Assembly (NCBI RefSeq): GCF_001194135.2
Contig: NC_068984.1
Coordinates: forward strand, 122,650,921-122,714,920
Origin: Octopus bimaculoides
Taxonomy: Eukaryota
Length of the DNA: 64,000 nucleotides
Reading direction: 5' to 3'
Below the pieces are notes generated by a model. The model saw only the letters and a list, made by a program, of their open reading frames with translations, ran no database searches and had not been told where the DNA came from. Below are positions 23,745 through 37,240 of this stretch, piece by piece. The position numbers and the translations under genes are program-made. Each line of letters opens with the position of its first letter. Position 1 is the stretch's first letter.

Positions 23745-23964
23745 TATTTCGTTTTTGTATTTGTTTTGCAAGATTCTTTATGTGAATTCGTGTGTTCAAG
23801 CGTATTTTATTGTCTGGGGAGAGTCGTTCTCTTTTAGTGCCTTATTATTTAACACACTCACCGGTTCGATTTCCATTTATTTACGTATTTATTTTTTCTA
23901 AAATAAATAAACGAGTGGAAATCGAACCGGTGAGTGTGTTAAGTAGTAGGGCACTAAAAGAGAA
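23745..23964. mobile_element. Foldback (palindromic) repeat, possibly Penelope-derived
   Basis: Arms 23827-23875 and 23916-23964 are reverse complements around an AT-rich palindromic centre. Confidence 0.75.
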
Positions 23965-25705
23965 TGCCTCCTAGCGTCTTGTTAATACTTTGCATGTACC
24001 ACGTCTTCGCGTTGGTTTTTTTTTTCCTTGTGTTTTTCTCCGTTTTTTTTAAAAATTATAATACATACATATATATGCAACAGCATAGAAGGTATATGTG
24101 TGATAGTCTCACGTTTATAATTATAGTGAGTTGAAAAACTTCGATTAAATGAGATTATCCATTTAATTAGACGACAAAATTCATTCTACTAGTGTTTAAA
24201 ATCTAAAAAAAAAAAGAAAAGAAAAAACAATAAGCAGTGGTGATATTTTCAGTAATATAAGCTAATCCAATTTTGGGGAAAATAAATACATGCAAGTTAG
24301 AAGCGGTGCTTGTCTTTAGAGCCTACTAACTGGTTAGTGTAACCGTCATGTTTTAATCTTGTTAGATCGCATCAGCGAAGTATATTCAAACCAGTTAGCA
24401 AAAACAAAAGTGATCAGTATATGCAGAAATAATTGTCCCCACGATTCTCTCATGTCCGAGAACGATGGAGTCTATCTATGTTCAAGTTGATCATCTGTAA
24501 GTCTACGTCTGCTAGAAAGGAGGTGGGTATCATTGTTACGGGAAAGAAGGTGTGGTTTACAGAAATTAATGCGATCCTAGAAGTTAAACACAGTGGAAAG
24601 ATGCGTGGACCTGAATGGAGAAGTATTATAACTAGCTACCGTATTTTTTCCCAACATACAAGTCAACGTGGTATATAAGCATGTGTAAATAGTCAAACAT
24701 CGTCGCTATCTTTCCAAATCCTGCTGCATTTTACATGGAATTGCTGGTCCTCCAAAGTCATCGTGGTGTATAAATCTACTTAGCTTTTTTTGACTAACTT
24801 TTAGTCTGAAAAATTCGACTTGTATACCGGAAAATATGGGGAATATACGGTTGCTAATTCAGATGAGCAGACGCATTTGCAATGGCTTTGATGTACGTTG
24901 ACTTGTTCGATTTCTCTTTGAGAAATAGAATAGGTCCTGCCCGAGGAGAGATTGAGATTTATCTTGTGTTACTGAACGCCATTATTTCTTCGACTAGCCG
25001 ATTTGTGTGTAAGTGTGTGTGTGTGTGGTGCAATACCTGACATCCCTATAGTGAACGTTTTCAGCTACAATGTGAGAAGTTTGTAAAGTTTGTATGGTAA
25101 ATGTTTCGTCATAATTAAGATCAAGCGAGTCGTGTCTAATGTATTTAGTGGTATGTGTGTGTGCAACCAGTCTACCATAACTTAAGTCTTCACAAAAGTA
25201 ATACTACATCTGAAAACATACGACATCCTTCACACACACGCGCGCGTTTTCAAAAACAGCTGGAAACGGCGCGCGTGTGTATGTGTTCAGTAGTATATGA
25301 AAGACATAGTGTGTGCTTGTACTGTAATTCTAGAGTACGCATTTGTGTTTGGTGTTGGGGGTGGAATTGTTTAGTTTGCTCAATCCACTACATTCTCGTG
25401 TGTCTATATTATGGTCTGCTTCACACACACACATATATGTGTGTGTGTATATATATATATATATCAAAGAAAGCTGCTTATTAATTGGAATTAAATAACT
25501 TTTACTGAAAGAAAGCTATTATTAAAGTTTAAAATGTCTAGTATATATTTATTAGTGTTTGATAAATTCATTCACCCCACAGCCACACTTTTTTAATACT
25601 ATTGAGTGCTTCTTCCGCAATTATGTAACTTCAGCACAATAAATAAATAAATAAATAAATAAAATGAATGAATGAGTGAGTGAATGAATATCTTACATTC
25701 GCGGG

Positions 25706-26020
25706 TGTTACGTGTAATCAGTTAGACAAGGCAATATAGAATGTCTTAATGTCTAAGCTGTAGTAACAAATATCATCTTTATACTCGCTGCTACCCAAGT
25801 CATGAACAGTAAGCTGACCCGCCAATCAACTCATCTAATACCTAATCCACCTAGCTCCACACTTACTCCCTACTTATCTTACCTCCTGTCAGGACCCCCA
25901 TACACGCGTCTGAATGAAAGTTGCACTGCCTACAGTATTTCTGTTAGGCGGGGGTGTACTATGCCCTCCCCTTGCTTCTACCCTCCTCTCCTTACCGACT
26001 TGCAGCTGTCTGACTTAACA
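25706..26020. mobile_element. Putative solo LTR
   Basis: Begins TGTTA and ends TAACA, 315 bp, sharp compositional boundaries, gtataaag on the minus strand. No TSD match (gcggg vs taata). Confidence 0.4.
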
Positions 26021-26448
26021 TAATATACACCATACGTACTTTATCTACCCTCCCCTCAAGGTGAACCAAGACTAGCTCATTATATACAGGGGTTTCTGTT
26101 TTCTTATTGTTGCACGTTATTAAATTTAAGCACAAAAATAGACATTGAGGTGAGGTGCTTTTTTTAATTTTTTATTCTATCATTCATAAGAATTTTAGTG
26201 TAAAACAGAGTGAAAGTATTTTTAATTTGATTACTTTTCTTTTTCTTTTTCGTTTTTGAGAAAGATAGGCAGCTGCAATTCGCAAGGTGGGGTCGGTAAA
26301 CAGATCAAGATATATAGATAAAACGAGGTATGAAGGTGAGAGACCAGGGATGTGTGTATGGGCAGGGGGGGGGATCTTTGACTGACTGACTGACAGGTAA
26401 ATAGGATAGACACAGATAGGAAAGATAGATTGACCTCTCTGTCCATAC

Positions 26449-26517
26449 CTTCCTCCCTACTCGTTTCTCGTAATAAACTTTTCGAAGTTCAGCTGAAATC
26501 TGGGTCACACCAGCCAT
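26449..26517 (-). CDS. Candidate first coding exon MAGVTQISAELRKVYYEKRVGRK (phase 0)
   Basis: Protein-like composition, AAG|gtatgg donor, GA-rich 5' UTR-like upstream sequence in a CpG-retaining block. Downstream exons not identified. Confidence 0.5.
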
Positions 26518-27892
26518 AAAATAGTAGTCGGTACTCTTACTCACTCTTTCGCTCTCTCTCCCCCCCCCTCCTACTTTTCTTCATATTAGTTTTCGTAATG
26601 GTGTGCCAGCTCCTCGTGTTGGTGTTGGTTGAGCAAACGCTGCCAAATAGTACCATTACCTGTGTGGTGGGGTTGGGTTTGGTGTATGGACAGCTGTGGT
26701 AATGTAATAGCATGTGGGCGGAATGGTATTTAAATTGGGTTGGTGTGTGTGTGTGTTGTTGTTTAGCCCAGGTCGACCTTGATCGAACAGACTTAGAAGC
26801 TATGGCATTCCAGCCGTGACCGTGCCATCTGTTTACAAGTGTCTTGAGAACTGGTTAACCCAATGTTTCCTTTCTTCTTCCATGAATGTTGAGTGTGATT
26901 TTAGATATATTTGGCTACTGTTTCTAGCAAGTCCAGTGTTGTAGGGTGTGTCCAAACCGGTTTAAAATTTTGTTTATTAATTTTTTATTTTATTGATTTT
27001 ATTGTAATCGTTTTTTGGTTTTTTTTTCTTCCTTTTTTTGGCTTTATTAATTTCTGTACTGACGATAAGGATTTTTACTTAAAACAAACGTGCTCAGGTT
27101 TATAAAAGCAAACTGGCTGAGTCGATAAACTAATTGGAATATCTTGTGATTCACGAGTTCGAGTTCGTTGCAGGCCGTTCATTTTATTTGTTTACTTGCT
27201 TTTGTTTGTACCCATTTAGCTTATGGAATGGTATTTNNNNNNNNNNNNNNNNNNNNNNNNNNNNNNNNNNNNNNNNNNNNNNNNNNNNNNNNNNNNNNNN
27301 NNNNNNNNNNNNNNNNNNNNNNNNNNNNNNNNNNNNNNNNNNNNNNNNNNNNNNNNNNNNNNNNNNNNNNNNNNNNNNNNNNNNNNNNNNNNNNNNNNNN
27401 NNNNNNNNNNNNNNNNNNNNNNNNNNNNNNNNNNNNNNNNNNNNNNNNNNNNNNNNNNNNNNNNNNNNNNNNNNNNNNNNNNNNNNNNNNNNNNNNNNNN
27501 NNNNNNNNNNNNNNNNNNNNNNNNNNNNNNNNNNNNNNNNNNNNNNNNNNNNNNNNNNNNNNNNNNNNNNNNNNNNNNNNNNNNNNNNNNNNNNNNNNNN
27601 NNNNNNNNNNNNNNNNNNNNNNNNNNNNNNNNNNNNNNNNNNNNNNNNNNNNNNNNNNNNNNNNNNNNNNNNNNNNNNNNNNNNNNNNNNNNNNNNNNNN
27701 NNNNNNNNNNNNNNNNNNNNNNNNNNNNNNNNNNNNNNNNNNNNNNNNNNNNNNNNNNNNNNNNNNNNNNNNNNNNNNNNNNNNNNNNNNNNNNNNNNNN
27801 NNNNNNNNNNNNNNNNNNNNNNNTTAAGAAATTACTGGTGCCCCCGTTTTGAAATAGATCCAAATCTTGTATTTTTATATTATTGGTTCTTT

Positions 27893-28338
27893 TATTCTTT
27901 TACTTGTTTCAGTCATTTGACCTCGGCCATGCTGGAACATCGCCTTGAAATTTTTTTAGTTGAAAAAGTCGACCCCAGGACTTATTCTTTGTAAGCCTAG
28001 TACTTATCCTATGGGATTCTTTTTGTCGAACCGCTAAGTTACAGGGACCTAAGCACACCAACATCGGTTGTCAAGCAATGGTGGGCGAACAAACACAGAC
28101 ACAAAGATACACACATAAATATAGATGTGTATATATATATATATATATATATATTGGGTTGGTGTGTGTTGTTGTTTAGTCCAGGTCTTTAGTTTCTTTC
28201 AGTTTCTTTCTACCATATCCACTCACAAGGCTTTGATCAGGCTGAGGCTATAGTAGAAGACACTTGCTCAAGGTGCCACACTGTAGGACTGAACCTTGAA
28301 CGATGTGGTTGGGAAGCAAGTTTCTTACCACACAGTCA
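27893..28338 (-). mobile_element. Full-length tRNA SINE family A with internal microsatellite
   Basis: Colinear reverse complement of 55431-55835. Confidence 0.85.
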
Positions 28339-29093
28339 TTAAAATATTTTGTTTTTTGTTAGAAGTATAGCTAATTTATTGCATGTAGATTTTAGCAACT
28401 AGCTAAATTTTTTTATATACTCCAGTTGAGAACCATTATTCTTGGTCCTTTAGGTCAAAAGCAGATCAACCCCTTTAAAGGAGACAACTTTCATCTGTTT
28501 CATAATAAGATTAGAGCTAAGTAAGCATTAGACTCTTGAAGTTACTAGAAGCATTTGCATTTATGTATAAATTACTGTACCACAAAATATTTGTTACCCC
28601 ACGACACTCGCTGTAATGCATGTCATACTATGTATAACAGCCCCTCTCCTCTATTTTATGTTACAGTAACTAAAATGCTCCCTTTAATACGTGATATACT
28701 GCCTGTGTAATTTACTCAACATTGAATATATTTCATAGTGTTCATATATTTATATATATATATATCATGATGATGACAATATATATGTGCACACACTTTA
28801 ACCTCTCATCACTTGACATAGAGCCATCTCCTTCAATACTATCCCCTTCATCAGTTGAAGGGTGTTGTCTCGCAAGTTACTTGGTGACCTCACTAGTATT
28901 TATGCCACATAAAAAGCACTCAGTACATGCTGTAAAATTATCGGCATTAGGAAGAGAATCTGGCTGTACAAACTGTGCCAGCACAAACATTGGCGCTTAA
29001 TGCAGTCCTCTAACTCACCAGCTCCTGTTGAACCATTCAACCCATGCCTGCATGGAAAATAGATATTAAATTATATATATATATATATATCTA

Positions 29094-29637
29094 GACCTTC
29101 GTACATTGGGCCTCACCGAGGCGATGACTACGGACCGAGACCTTTGGAAATGGGCTGTGCGTGAGAAGACCCGGCAAGCCAAGTAAGATCGTTGCCAGTG
29201 CCCCTGGACTGGTTCTTGTGCGGGTGGCACATGAGATGCACCATTTTGAGCGTGGCCGTTGCCAGTACCGCCTGACTGGCTCCTGTAGGATTTTCGAGCG
29301 AGATCGTTGCCAGTGCCCCTGNNNNNNNNNNNNNNNNNNNNNNNNNNNNNNNNNNNNNNNNNNNNNNNNNNNNNNNNNNNNNNNNNNNNNNNNNNNNNNN
29401 NNNNNNNNNNNNNNNNNNNNNNNNNNNNNNNNNNNNNNNNNNNNNNNNNNNNNNNNNNNNNNNNNNNNNNNNNNNNNNNNNNNNNNNNNNNNNNNNNNNA
29501 TCCAGCTGTAGAAACTCTGCCAAATCAGACTGGAGCCTGGTGTTGCCATCCGGTTTCACCAGTCCTCAGTCAAATCGTCCAACCCATGCTAGCATGGAAA
29601 GCGGACGTTAAACGATGATGATGATGATGATGATGAT
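29094..29637 (+). mobile_element. 5'-truncated RTE-type LINE (ORF2 end, 3' UTR, (GAT)n tail)
   Basis: DLRTLGLTEAMTTDRDLWKWAVREKTRQAK* at 29094-29186, repeated gatcgttgccagtgcccctg units, conserved tail and (GAT)n; gap 29322-29499. Confidence 0.85.
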
Positions 29638-29649
29638 ATATATATCATA

Positions 29650-29853
29650 TATATCATTTATTATGATTGACCGTTGACTGAACACTATTCAATTTTTTTT
29701 CTCCGTGTTTTTCTCCTTGTCTCCGTATTCTTTCTGTTGAAGAGCGTAGCTCGAAACGTCAAAGACTTTCCGTATTCCCGAGCGTCATACTAATATATAC
29801 TTTTGTTATTTACACCACCTGTCCTCGTCTGTTGTTATTATTTGTATATTCTC

Positions 29854-29858
<5 letters not shown>
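29650..29858 (+). mobile_element. Penelope-like terminal repeat fragment
   Basis: Pyrimidine-rich segment carrying the ctgttgaagagcgtagctcgaaacgtc hammerhead-type motif typical of PLE termini. Confidence 0.6.
29729..29765 (+). ncRNA. Minimal hammerhead ribozyme with an A6U core change
   Basis: tcttt-CTGTTGA-a-gagc(gta)gctc-GAAA-cg-TC|aaaga. It has a 5-bp stem I, a 4-bp stem II, a palindromic ACGT stem III, and a GUC triplet ending at 29760. Confidence 0.6.
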
Positions 29859-29887
<29 letters not shown>

Positions 29888-30125
29888 TGAAAGAAAGAAA
29901 TAGGAAGTGGTGAAGATCATGGTTTACACAATAGTATTAATCATGTGAAGTGGTCTGAACTAAGAATTGAAACCAAGCTGCTTTCTGCTACATCATAACA
30001 TGTATTACGATACAAATCACTTTTTAATATATAATTGTGATAATGATACTGCATTATTTTATTCTTTAAAGAGGTGTGTTGATTAAATCAAGATCAGATC
30101 TTGACATATTTATTTTATCAAAATA

Positions 30126-30655
30126 GGCACAGGTGTATGGCTGTGTGTTTAGTTCACTTCCGAACCATGTAGACCTGGGTTCAGTTTGACTGTGCAGCAC
30201 CTTGGGCAAATATCTTCTACTATAGCCCCAAGCCAACCAAAGCCTTGTGAATGAATTTAGTAGAAGGAAACTGAAAGAAGCCTGTTGTGTGTGTGTGTAT
30301 GTCCTTGTCTTGACATCACCTGATGATTGTAAAGTAGCATCATTATCGTACAAGTGAGGTTGTTTTCCTCCAATGCCCTCTCCTCTTTCAAAGACTCTTA
30401 GTGCTGGTACCATGTAAAAAGCATCCAGTCCACATTGTAAAGTGATTGGTTTTTGGAAGGGTATCCAGTTGTAAAAATCATTCCAAAACTGACCTCACTT
30501 GTGCTAGTGCCATGTAAAAAACACTCAACCCACACTTCAAGGTGGTTGGTATTAGGAAGGGCATCTAGCCATAAAAATCATGCCAAGACAGACACAATAA
30601 CTTGGGGCAGTCTTCTGCCAACATGGGAGGCAAACATTAAATGATGATGATGATG
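30126..30655 (+). mobile_element. Composite SINE: family A tRNA head, (TG)n and RTE-like 3' tail
   Basis: Head ggcacaggtgtatggctgtgtgtttag; 3' half ends attaggaagggcatc..aaatgatgatgatg like the RTE tail. Confidence 0.65.
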
Positions 30656-32293
30656 TGGAAAGCATGTCTCCCTATAAAAAAAAGGTTACTTTGTTTGGAA
30701 ACAGGTATGGGTTGGCAACAGTAAGGGCATCCAACCATAGAAAATCTACCTCTACAAATCTCATCTGACACCTACAAGCATGGCAAAATGGATGTTAAAT
30801 GATGAACAGAAAAAAAATGGACAAAGTTGATCTTGGCAGGATTTGAACTTAAAAAGTTAAAACGATGAAACTGAGTACTAATAATATTCTAACACTGGCA
30901 CAAGGCCTGAAAGTGCGGAGCAGTGTTAGTCTATTCAACCAACCTTAGTACTTGACTGGTACTTTACTGGCTTTGGTAGAATGAAAGGCAAAAGAAGCTT
31001 TGTAGTCTGACCAACTATTTCAAAGAATTTTGTCCATTTCTCTAATAATTCTGCCAATCCATTTTTCTAATAATGTCAGTAATAATATTTTCTAATATAG
31101 ACACCATGCCAAAAATTTTGGGGGTAAGTTAGTTGATTAATTTGACCACATTATTCGTGTGTCATCAACCTAGAAAAGCTGAAAGGCAAAGTTGACTTCA
31201 GTGGGTTTTGAACTCACAATGTACAACACTAGAACAAAATACTACAAGGAATTTGATCAAATATACTCATGCGATCCTGTTTTTTAAACAAGAACAGTGT
31301 ATTGGAAAACTTGGTACCACATTAGACATAAATGTCTTCCAGTTATTTACTTTGGCTTTTGGCATTTTAAGTTCAAATTCTTGTCATCAGCTTTGCTTTT
31401 CATCCTTCTTCTTCCATGGGTTGATAAAATAAGTACCGAGTTAATTTCTGGGGTTAATTTAATCGATGCTATTCTATACTATGCTAATTTGCTATGGACT
31501 AGCAAAGCACAGTAAATTCCTAAACCCCTGTCCAACCTTAGAGTTCCAATGACAAGTGAAGTGACACCAATTAGAATACATTACTTTTACATCAGTATTA
31601 GCAATCTGCAATACTCCATATTGTTACCAACACATACATACACAGACCCTAAAACTAGACCCCATTAAAAGGAATGTAAAAGAAGCACACATTTTTTGGA
31701 CCCCAACACAAGGCCAGACTTTTAGTGAATTAGCTTTTTTACTTGAACCCAGTAGGGCCACATACTAAATCCACTCTGGAAGGGTTTGAACTCAAAGTGA
31801 AGAATGACATAACTAAATACTGCAAAACAGCTTGGTTCTCTGTTTCTGCCAACTTACTGCTGTTAATCCATTTGATAGCAACCTGCCCAAGACTACCCAT
31901 GGTTCTGTGACACAAACCTACTGCTTCTAACTCTTTAGCACTTAAACTCGCCATATCCGACCCAAATATTCTTGCTGTTGTGCGTTCAAACCAACGGGCT
32001 TCTTTCAGTTTCCGTCCACCAAATCCACTCACAAGGCTTTGATCAGCCCGAGGCTATAGTAGCAGACACTTATCCAAGGTGCCACGCAGTGGGAATGAAC
32101 CCGGAACCTTGTGGTTGGGAAGCAAGCTACTTACCACACAGCCACTCCTGCGCACTGTTTATTCTGTCAGTAATAATAATTTCTGTTCATATCACTATGA
32201 TTAAATGAAGCGCTTTGCATGTCCTTATAATGACAGCAAACGACTAAAGAATGTATAGGCTTTCTCGTTATCTAAAAAAGCCTGTCTCAGGCC

Positions 32294-32519
32294 TTACCTC
32301 TTTAACACTCAGATTACTCTGTCAAATCTAATGCTTATTTATTCACATTTTGAATTAATCCTGTAATATCACATAGCTTCAAGATTTCAATGATGTAATT
32401 ATTTTATTAGTTTTAGAGTGGTATTGTAGAGGTGTGAGAAGCCAGATCTGGTTGGCCTAAAGATAAAACAGGCAGAATATTTTGGCCACATATAGCCAGT
32501 TTAAATGCTAGAGAGTTAA
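32294..32519 (+). mobile_element. piggyBac-like MITE
   Basis: Related to 37862-38082; ends aatgctagagag|ttaa. Confidence 0.6.
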
Positions 32520-32739
32520 AGACTCATTAGGCTGGAGCTCATCCTAGATTCTGAGGTGTTAAGCAACTGGGAGTATAGGACTCCTCACAGCTGTCAGTAT
32601 TCATTTCCTGCTGAGTGAACTGGAGCAACAATGAAATTAAATTGACTTGCTCAAAGACCCAATGTCCTGCTTAGTCTGGGAATGAAACCCATAACCTTAT
32701 CAGGAATCCAGCCCTGTAACCATTGGGCAATGTACCTGC

Positions 32740-32810
<71 letters not shown>

Positions 32811-35800
32811 CATACACTCCCTATATTGTAGCAATGGTACCAGGGTATTACTAACGTAAGTAAAATGTAATAGATGGTAGCAGACATTTTTTAACTTGGA
32901 AATGTCTGTTTGATCCATTATGTATAATAATGATAATTATGCTAATAATGTTAAAAAGTATTATTAGTAACTATTGCGAGCTTAAGTCGGTAACTGTAAT
33001 AATTAAATTCTTATTTGTAATAATTAATTTAGAGTTAATAATCTAATAGCTGCTGCTTAAAACTAATTAAAATAATAAAGTTAATCTGAGAAGGAGAGAA
33101 AAAGAAAGGAATGAAATAAAAGAAAAGAATGTTTCAGACAAGTATTTCAGGTATTCTTAATATTTTTACTGAGAGGAAAAAAACAAAAACAGCCAAATAT
33201 AAATGCCAGCAGCTTTGGCATGTAAATTTTGTGGAACCATTTTCCATGGATCTTGTTACAGTATTTCTTAGAACTATTGTGTCCTTGCTCAGCTTGTTGG
33301 ACTTCTGCCAACAAAGGGGCCTTTATGTAATCATGAGCCAAGGTTGAAGCAGAGTATCTATATAGTTATTCAATCAACTAGAAATAGTAGTCAAATCTCT
33401 CTCTCTCACTCTCTCTTTCAAATCACACTCTGGAATACAGTAGTGATCTTAAATATGTTTTGTGAAGTACAAAAAGAATAGAATGGCTGTGGCTAGATAA
33501 AGACTAACATGGGGTTCAATAATTGTTGTCATCTATACATCTTAGCATTGCCACTCGGAGCCTCTGCGTAATCACTTGATCTGCTTGAAATTACAGCCCA
33601 AAACCTCTTAAATCATACCTTGCAATCTTAAAAAAAAAGTTGTGGGGAAATACACTAGATAACATAATTCTAGATGCAATATGTCTTAATAAAACAAAGG
33701 ACACACATAGCTGGAACATCTTTGATCATAACACTGTTAGATCAAGGCTGACCTGGGGCTAAACATGGAGACATTGGTTAATGTGGTGCTAGATGTACAA
33801 TATCTGGGAGGAAAGAAAGATGAGATGATGAGATGATCATAGCTAGAACAAATGTACAAAGGGTTTAGAAACCAGCAGGACTGCTACTCTATTGGGAAGG
33901 GCAGAGTTGAAAAGGCAGAAGGGATGGGTGTGTAGATGCAAACTTATATACGTCAGCCTGTGCATTCTAGTAAATCTGTACAGTTTGTTGCATGGTCAGG
34001 TGCTCTGTAGAGTGCCACCCTCAGGTATGTTCTGTTGTGTACTTTGGCAAGATTGGCATTACCCTAAGTTGGGTTCATTCTTCCTTCGCACAAATATTGT
34101 TCTTTTCTTTGTCCTATTGGATAACTAATAACCCTCCTCATCAGATTGACCTGGTGGGTGTGCCAGTTTAGTCACTGCTGACCTAACCATGCAACAAACT
34201 GCACAGGGTTGCTACGATTCAACACTCAGTGGCAGCCTGACACACAAGCTTGCATCTACACATCTGCCCCTTATGCTCTTTTTAACTCTACCTACTCCCA
34301 ATAGATCAGCATTCCCACTGACTTTCTCATTCCTTTTATACTTACTCCTTCTCATGCAGGACTATCATCTATAACATTCAGTTACTGTCTCTTACCAAGT
34401 GTTAAGTCCATACCTTATTTGTTAAACATGGTTCTTCAGTTTGTTTTATTGCTCATTAATACTACACACACACACACACACACACACCTGGATAATCCAG
34501 ATTGTCTGCATCAGTTTAGTAATTGATATACTAGAAGGACACAGCCAAAAAAATACAGACCCTTGCATTTTCTATGTATGTATGTGTGTGTTTTCTTTTT
34601 TGGTGGGGAAATACTTGCAATCTACTTAGATATTATGGATGCATGCTCATTGCAGTACAACTGCATATGGTCAGTTAGTCACTGTATTAAACTATAGTTA
34701 CTTTATTTGCTATACTGGAGTCAGTAGAACTACCCAACTAATATGTGGTAAAAAAAAAATATATGGTGGAAGAAAATAAGAATAACTTTGTTTGCAACTG
34801 TTACAAGTATTGCTAAATTGCTATTACTAATACTACATATATCTGTTTTGACCTTGTTAAAGTATCCTCTCACTGATAAATGTTCTGTATCCTGCTCTAA
34901 ACACTTTAGCCTCAGCTGTTCTTCTGTTTCACTTAACCTATCTTTTTCCATACTGCCTCTTCTATATTTTCTAGCATTTCAATTAATTGATTTTGTTGGC
35001 ATTATCTCCCCTGCTTGTTATTTAGATTTTTTTTTTAAATCTCACCCAAAGGATTTTTGTTTTACTCACTGCATCTGTTTAATGAATATGTATCATTTTA
35101 ATTTTTAATTGTTCATTCACGGTGGCTGTTAATCAAAGATTTTCAACCTATTCATATTATGTGAGACCCTGCTGTTGCATTTTTATGCAGACTGCTCCCC
35201 CAAGATATGTATGCTTTCTCCTCTGTCATTTGGTTGATTTTAGATGACCACAGTTGACTATTCATTACCCCCCCCGCACACACACACACACATACATCCC
35301 TTTACACTGCTTGTTTGGCTGCTTAACCACATTCACTAGCAACGCTGTATAGAATAAATAATGAGTAAAACAGAAGATTATTTTACATATATTTTCACCT
35401 CTTTATCTATGAGCTAGCTGGAAGCATCTGTTTAATGAATATGCATCATTTTAATTTTTAATTGTTCATTCACGGTGGCCGTCCAAATATTTCTGCTTTT
35501 CTTAGTCATTTGTTAATTGCTATCAAGTGTTCGCCATTTGTATTATTCAAGTTATAGAAATAAACGGAGAATAATCTGGAATATATTTTTTTCTTTTATT
35601 CTAAGTTTGTCAATGTCTCTTGTAATTAAAACAGGAAGTCATTATGGTCAGTTAGTCGTTAGATTAAGAATTAGACAGATTGCCAAACAATCATTTATTT
35701 TTTAGGTGATGATGACGATAGAAGTTGCCATCATGTAATCTTTCTTTCTCCCCCCACCCTTATTTTACAATATAAACTAGTTTGGTAACAGTTGTTTTAC

Positions 35801-36943
35801 AATTAATTAATTATTTATGGGTAGTTTTTTTTTTAAGTGTTGAATAGCTCTTGTATACTCTCTGGAGATTGTGACATGGTGGTAGTGTTGGTGGTATTTA
35901 ATTATTGAAAAGTAACGATAAATGTCTTTCTGTGCTATCATGTGACATTGCTTTGGTACCACTTTCAGTTTTGCAGTCTATTTGTCTGTAAATCTTAAAT
36001 CTGTACTTTTCATTTGTAATAATGCTTTCTTATTTAAACACAAGGCCAGCAATTTTGAAGGGAGAAGGGATAGTCAATACCCAGTAAGAAGAGGTTGCTA
36101 AACCCCTTGCTCAGCCTTTCTGGGACAAAAGAAAGATCACTGAAATGTCTTCCTTGACCCTCCTTGAAGAGTATACATCAACCACTTTACTGGATACCAT
36201 AAAACATTTTGCCTACCACTCTCTTGAGCCTGTTCTGAGGCTAGATAAAAAGAAATCATTGGTTGTATAAGCCCTAGTCAATAACTGGTGCTTATTTCAA
36301 CTGTTCTTGTGCAATGAAAATGGCGAAGTCAATTCCAACAGCATTTGAGCTCAGAGGGTGAAAGTGACCAAGCTAAATGTAACCAGACAGACATATATAC
36401 ACACACACACATGTATAAATAGTCATGAATTAAAAGAAAATACTCAGTAACTAAATATAATCTACAAATATTACTAGTGCTGTTGCCAAAATATATTGGT
36501 TCCTTTTATACAAATTCACAAAGAAACCAATTAAGTTGACAGTGCGAGAAAGTGGAAACTGTTAGTGTTCAGGCCTCTAGTATATTAGCTGTGTGAGTGA
36601 ATTAAAATGGTTTTGTAGTCTTGGTTTGTTGGGCAGCATTATGTGCTGGTTGCCAATATTGTCAAATATTCTTTTAGTTTATTTATTATTGGTTTCAATC
36701 ATTGGACTGTGGCCATTGTTGGCTATGAGAGCATGTATAATTAATTAAATCATTCACTTGAGGGACAGAAATCAAAATCAACCTCTTCAAGGTTATTATA
36801 GGTACTTATAACTGAATTGCATAAGGCATTTTTGCCTATTGCTCTCTTGAGTATGTTAATTTGTTAAACAAATAAGGATGAATTTTCTGAAATTGATTGC
36901 TTTTGAAGGTTGACTCTTCTGACTTGAAATGTCTTTGTATTCA

Positions 36944-37240
36944 TCATCATCATCATCATCATCATTTAATGTCCGCTTTCCATGCTAGCATGGGTTGGAC
37001 GATTTGACTGAGGACTGGTGAACCAGATGGCTACACCAGGCTCCAATCTGATTTGGTAGAGTTTCTACAGCTGGATGCCCTTCCTAACACCAACCACTCT
37101 GAGAGTGTAGTGGGTGCTTTTACGTGCCACCGGCACGAAGGCCAGTCAGGATGGACTGGCAGCGGCCACGCTCGAAATTGTGTTTTTTAAGTGCCACCTG
37201 CACAGGGGCCAGTCCAGCGGTACTGGCAATGAATTCGCTG
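36944..37240 (-). mobile_element. RTE-type LINE 3' region (young)
   Basis: (CAT)n-ttaatgtccgctttccatgctagcatgggttggacgatttgactgaggactggtg, reverse complement of the 29.5-kb copy. Confidence 0.85.
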
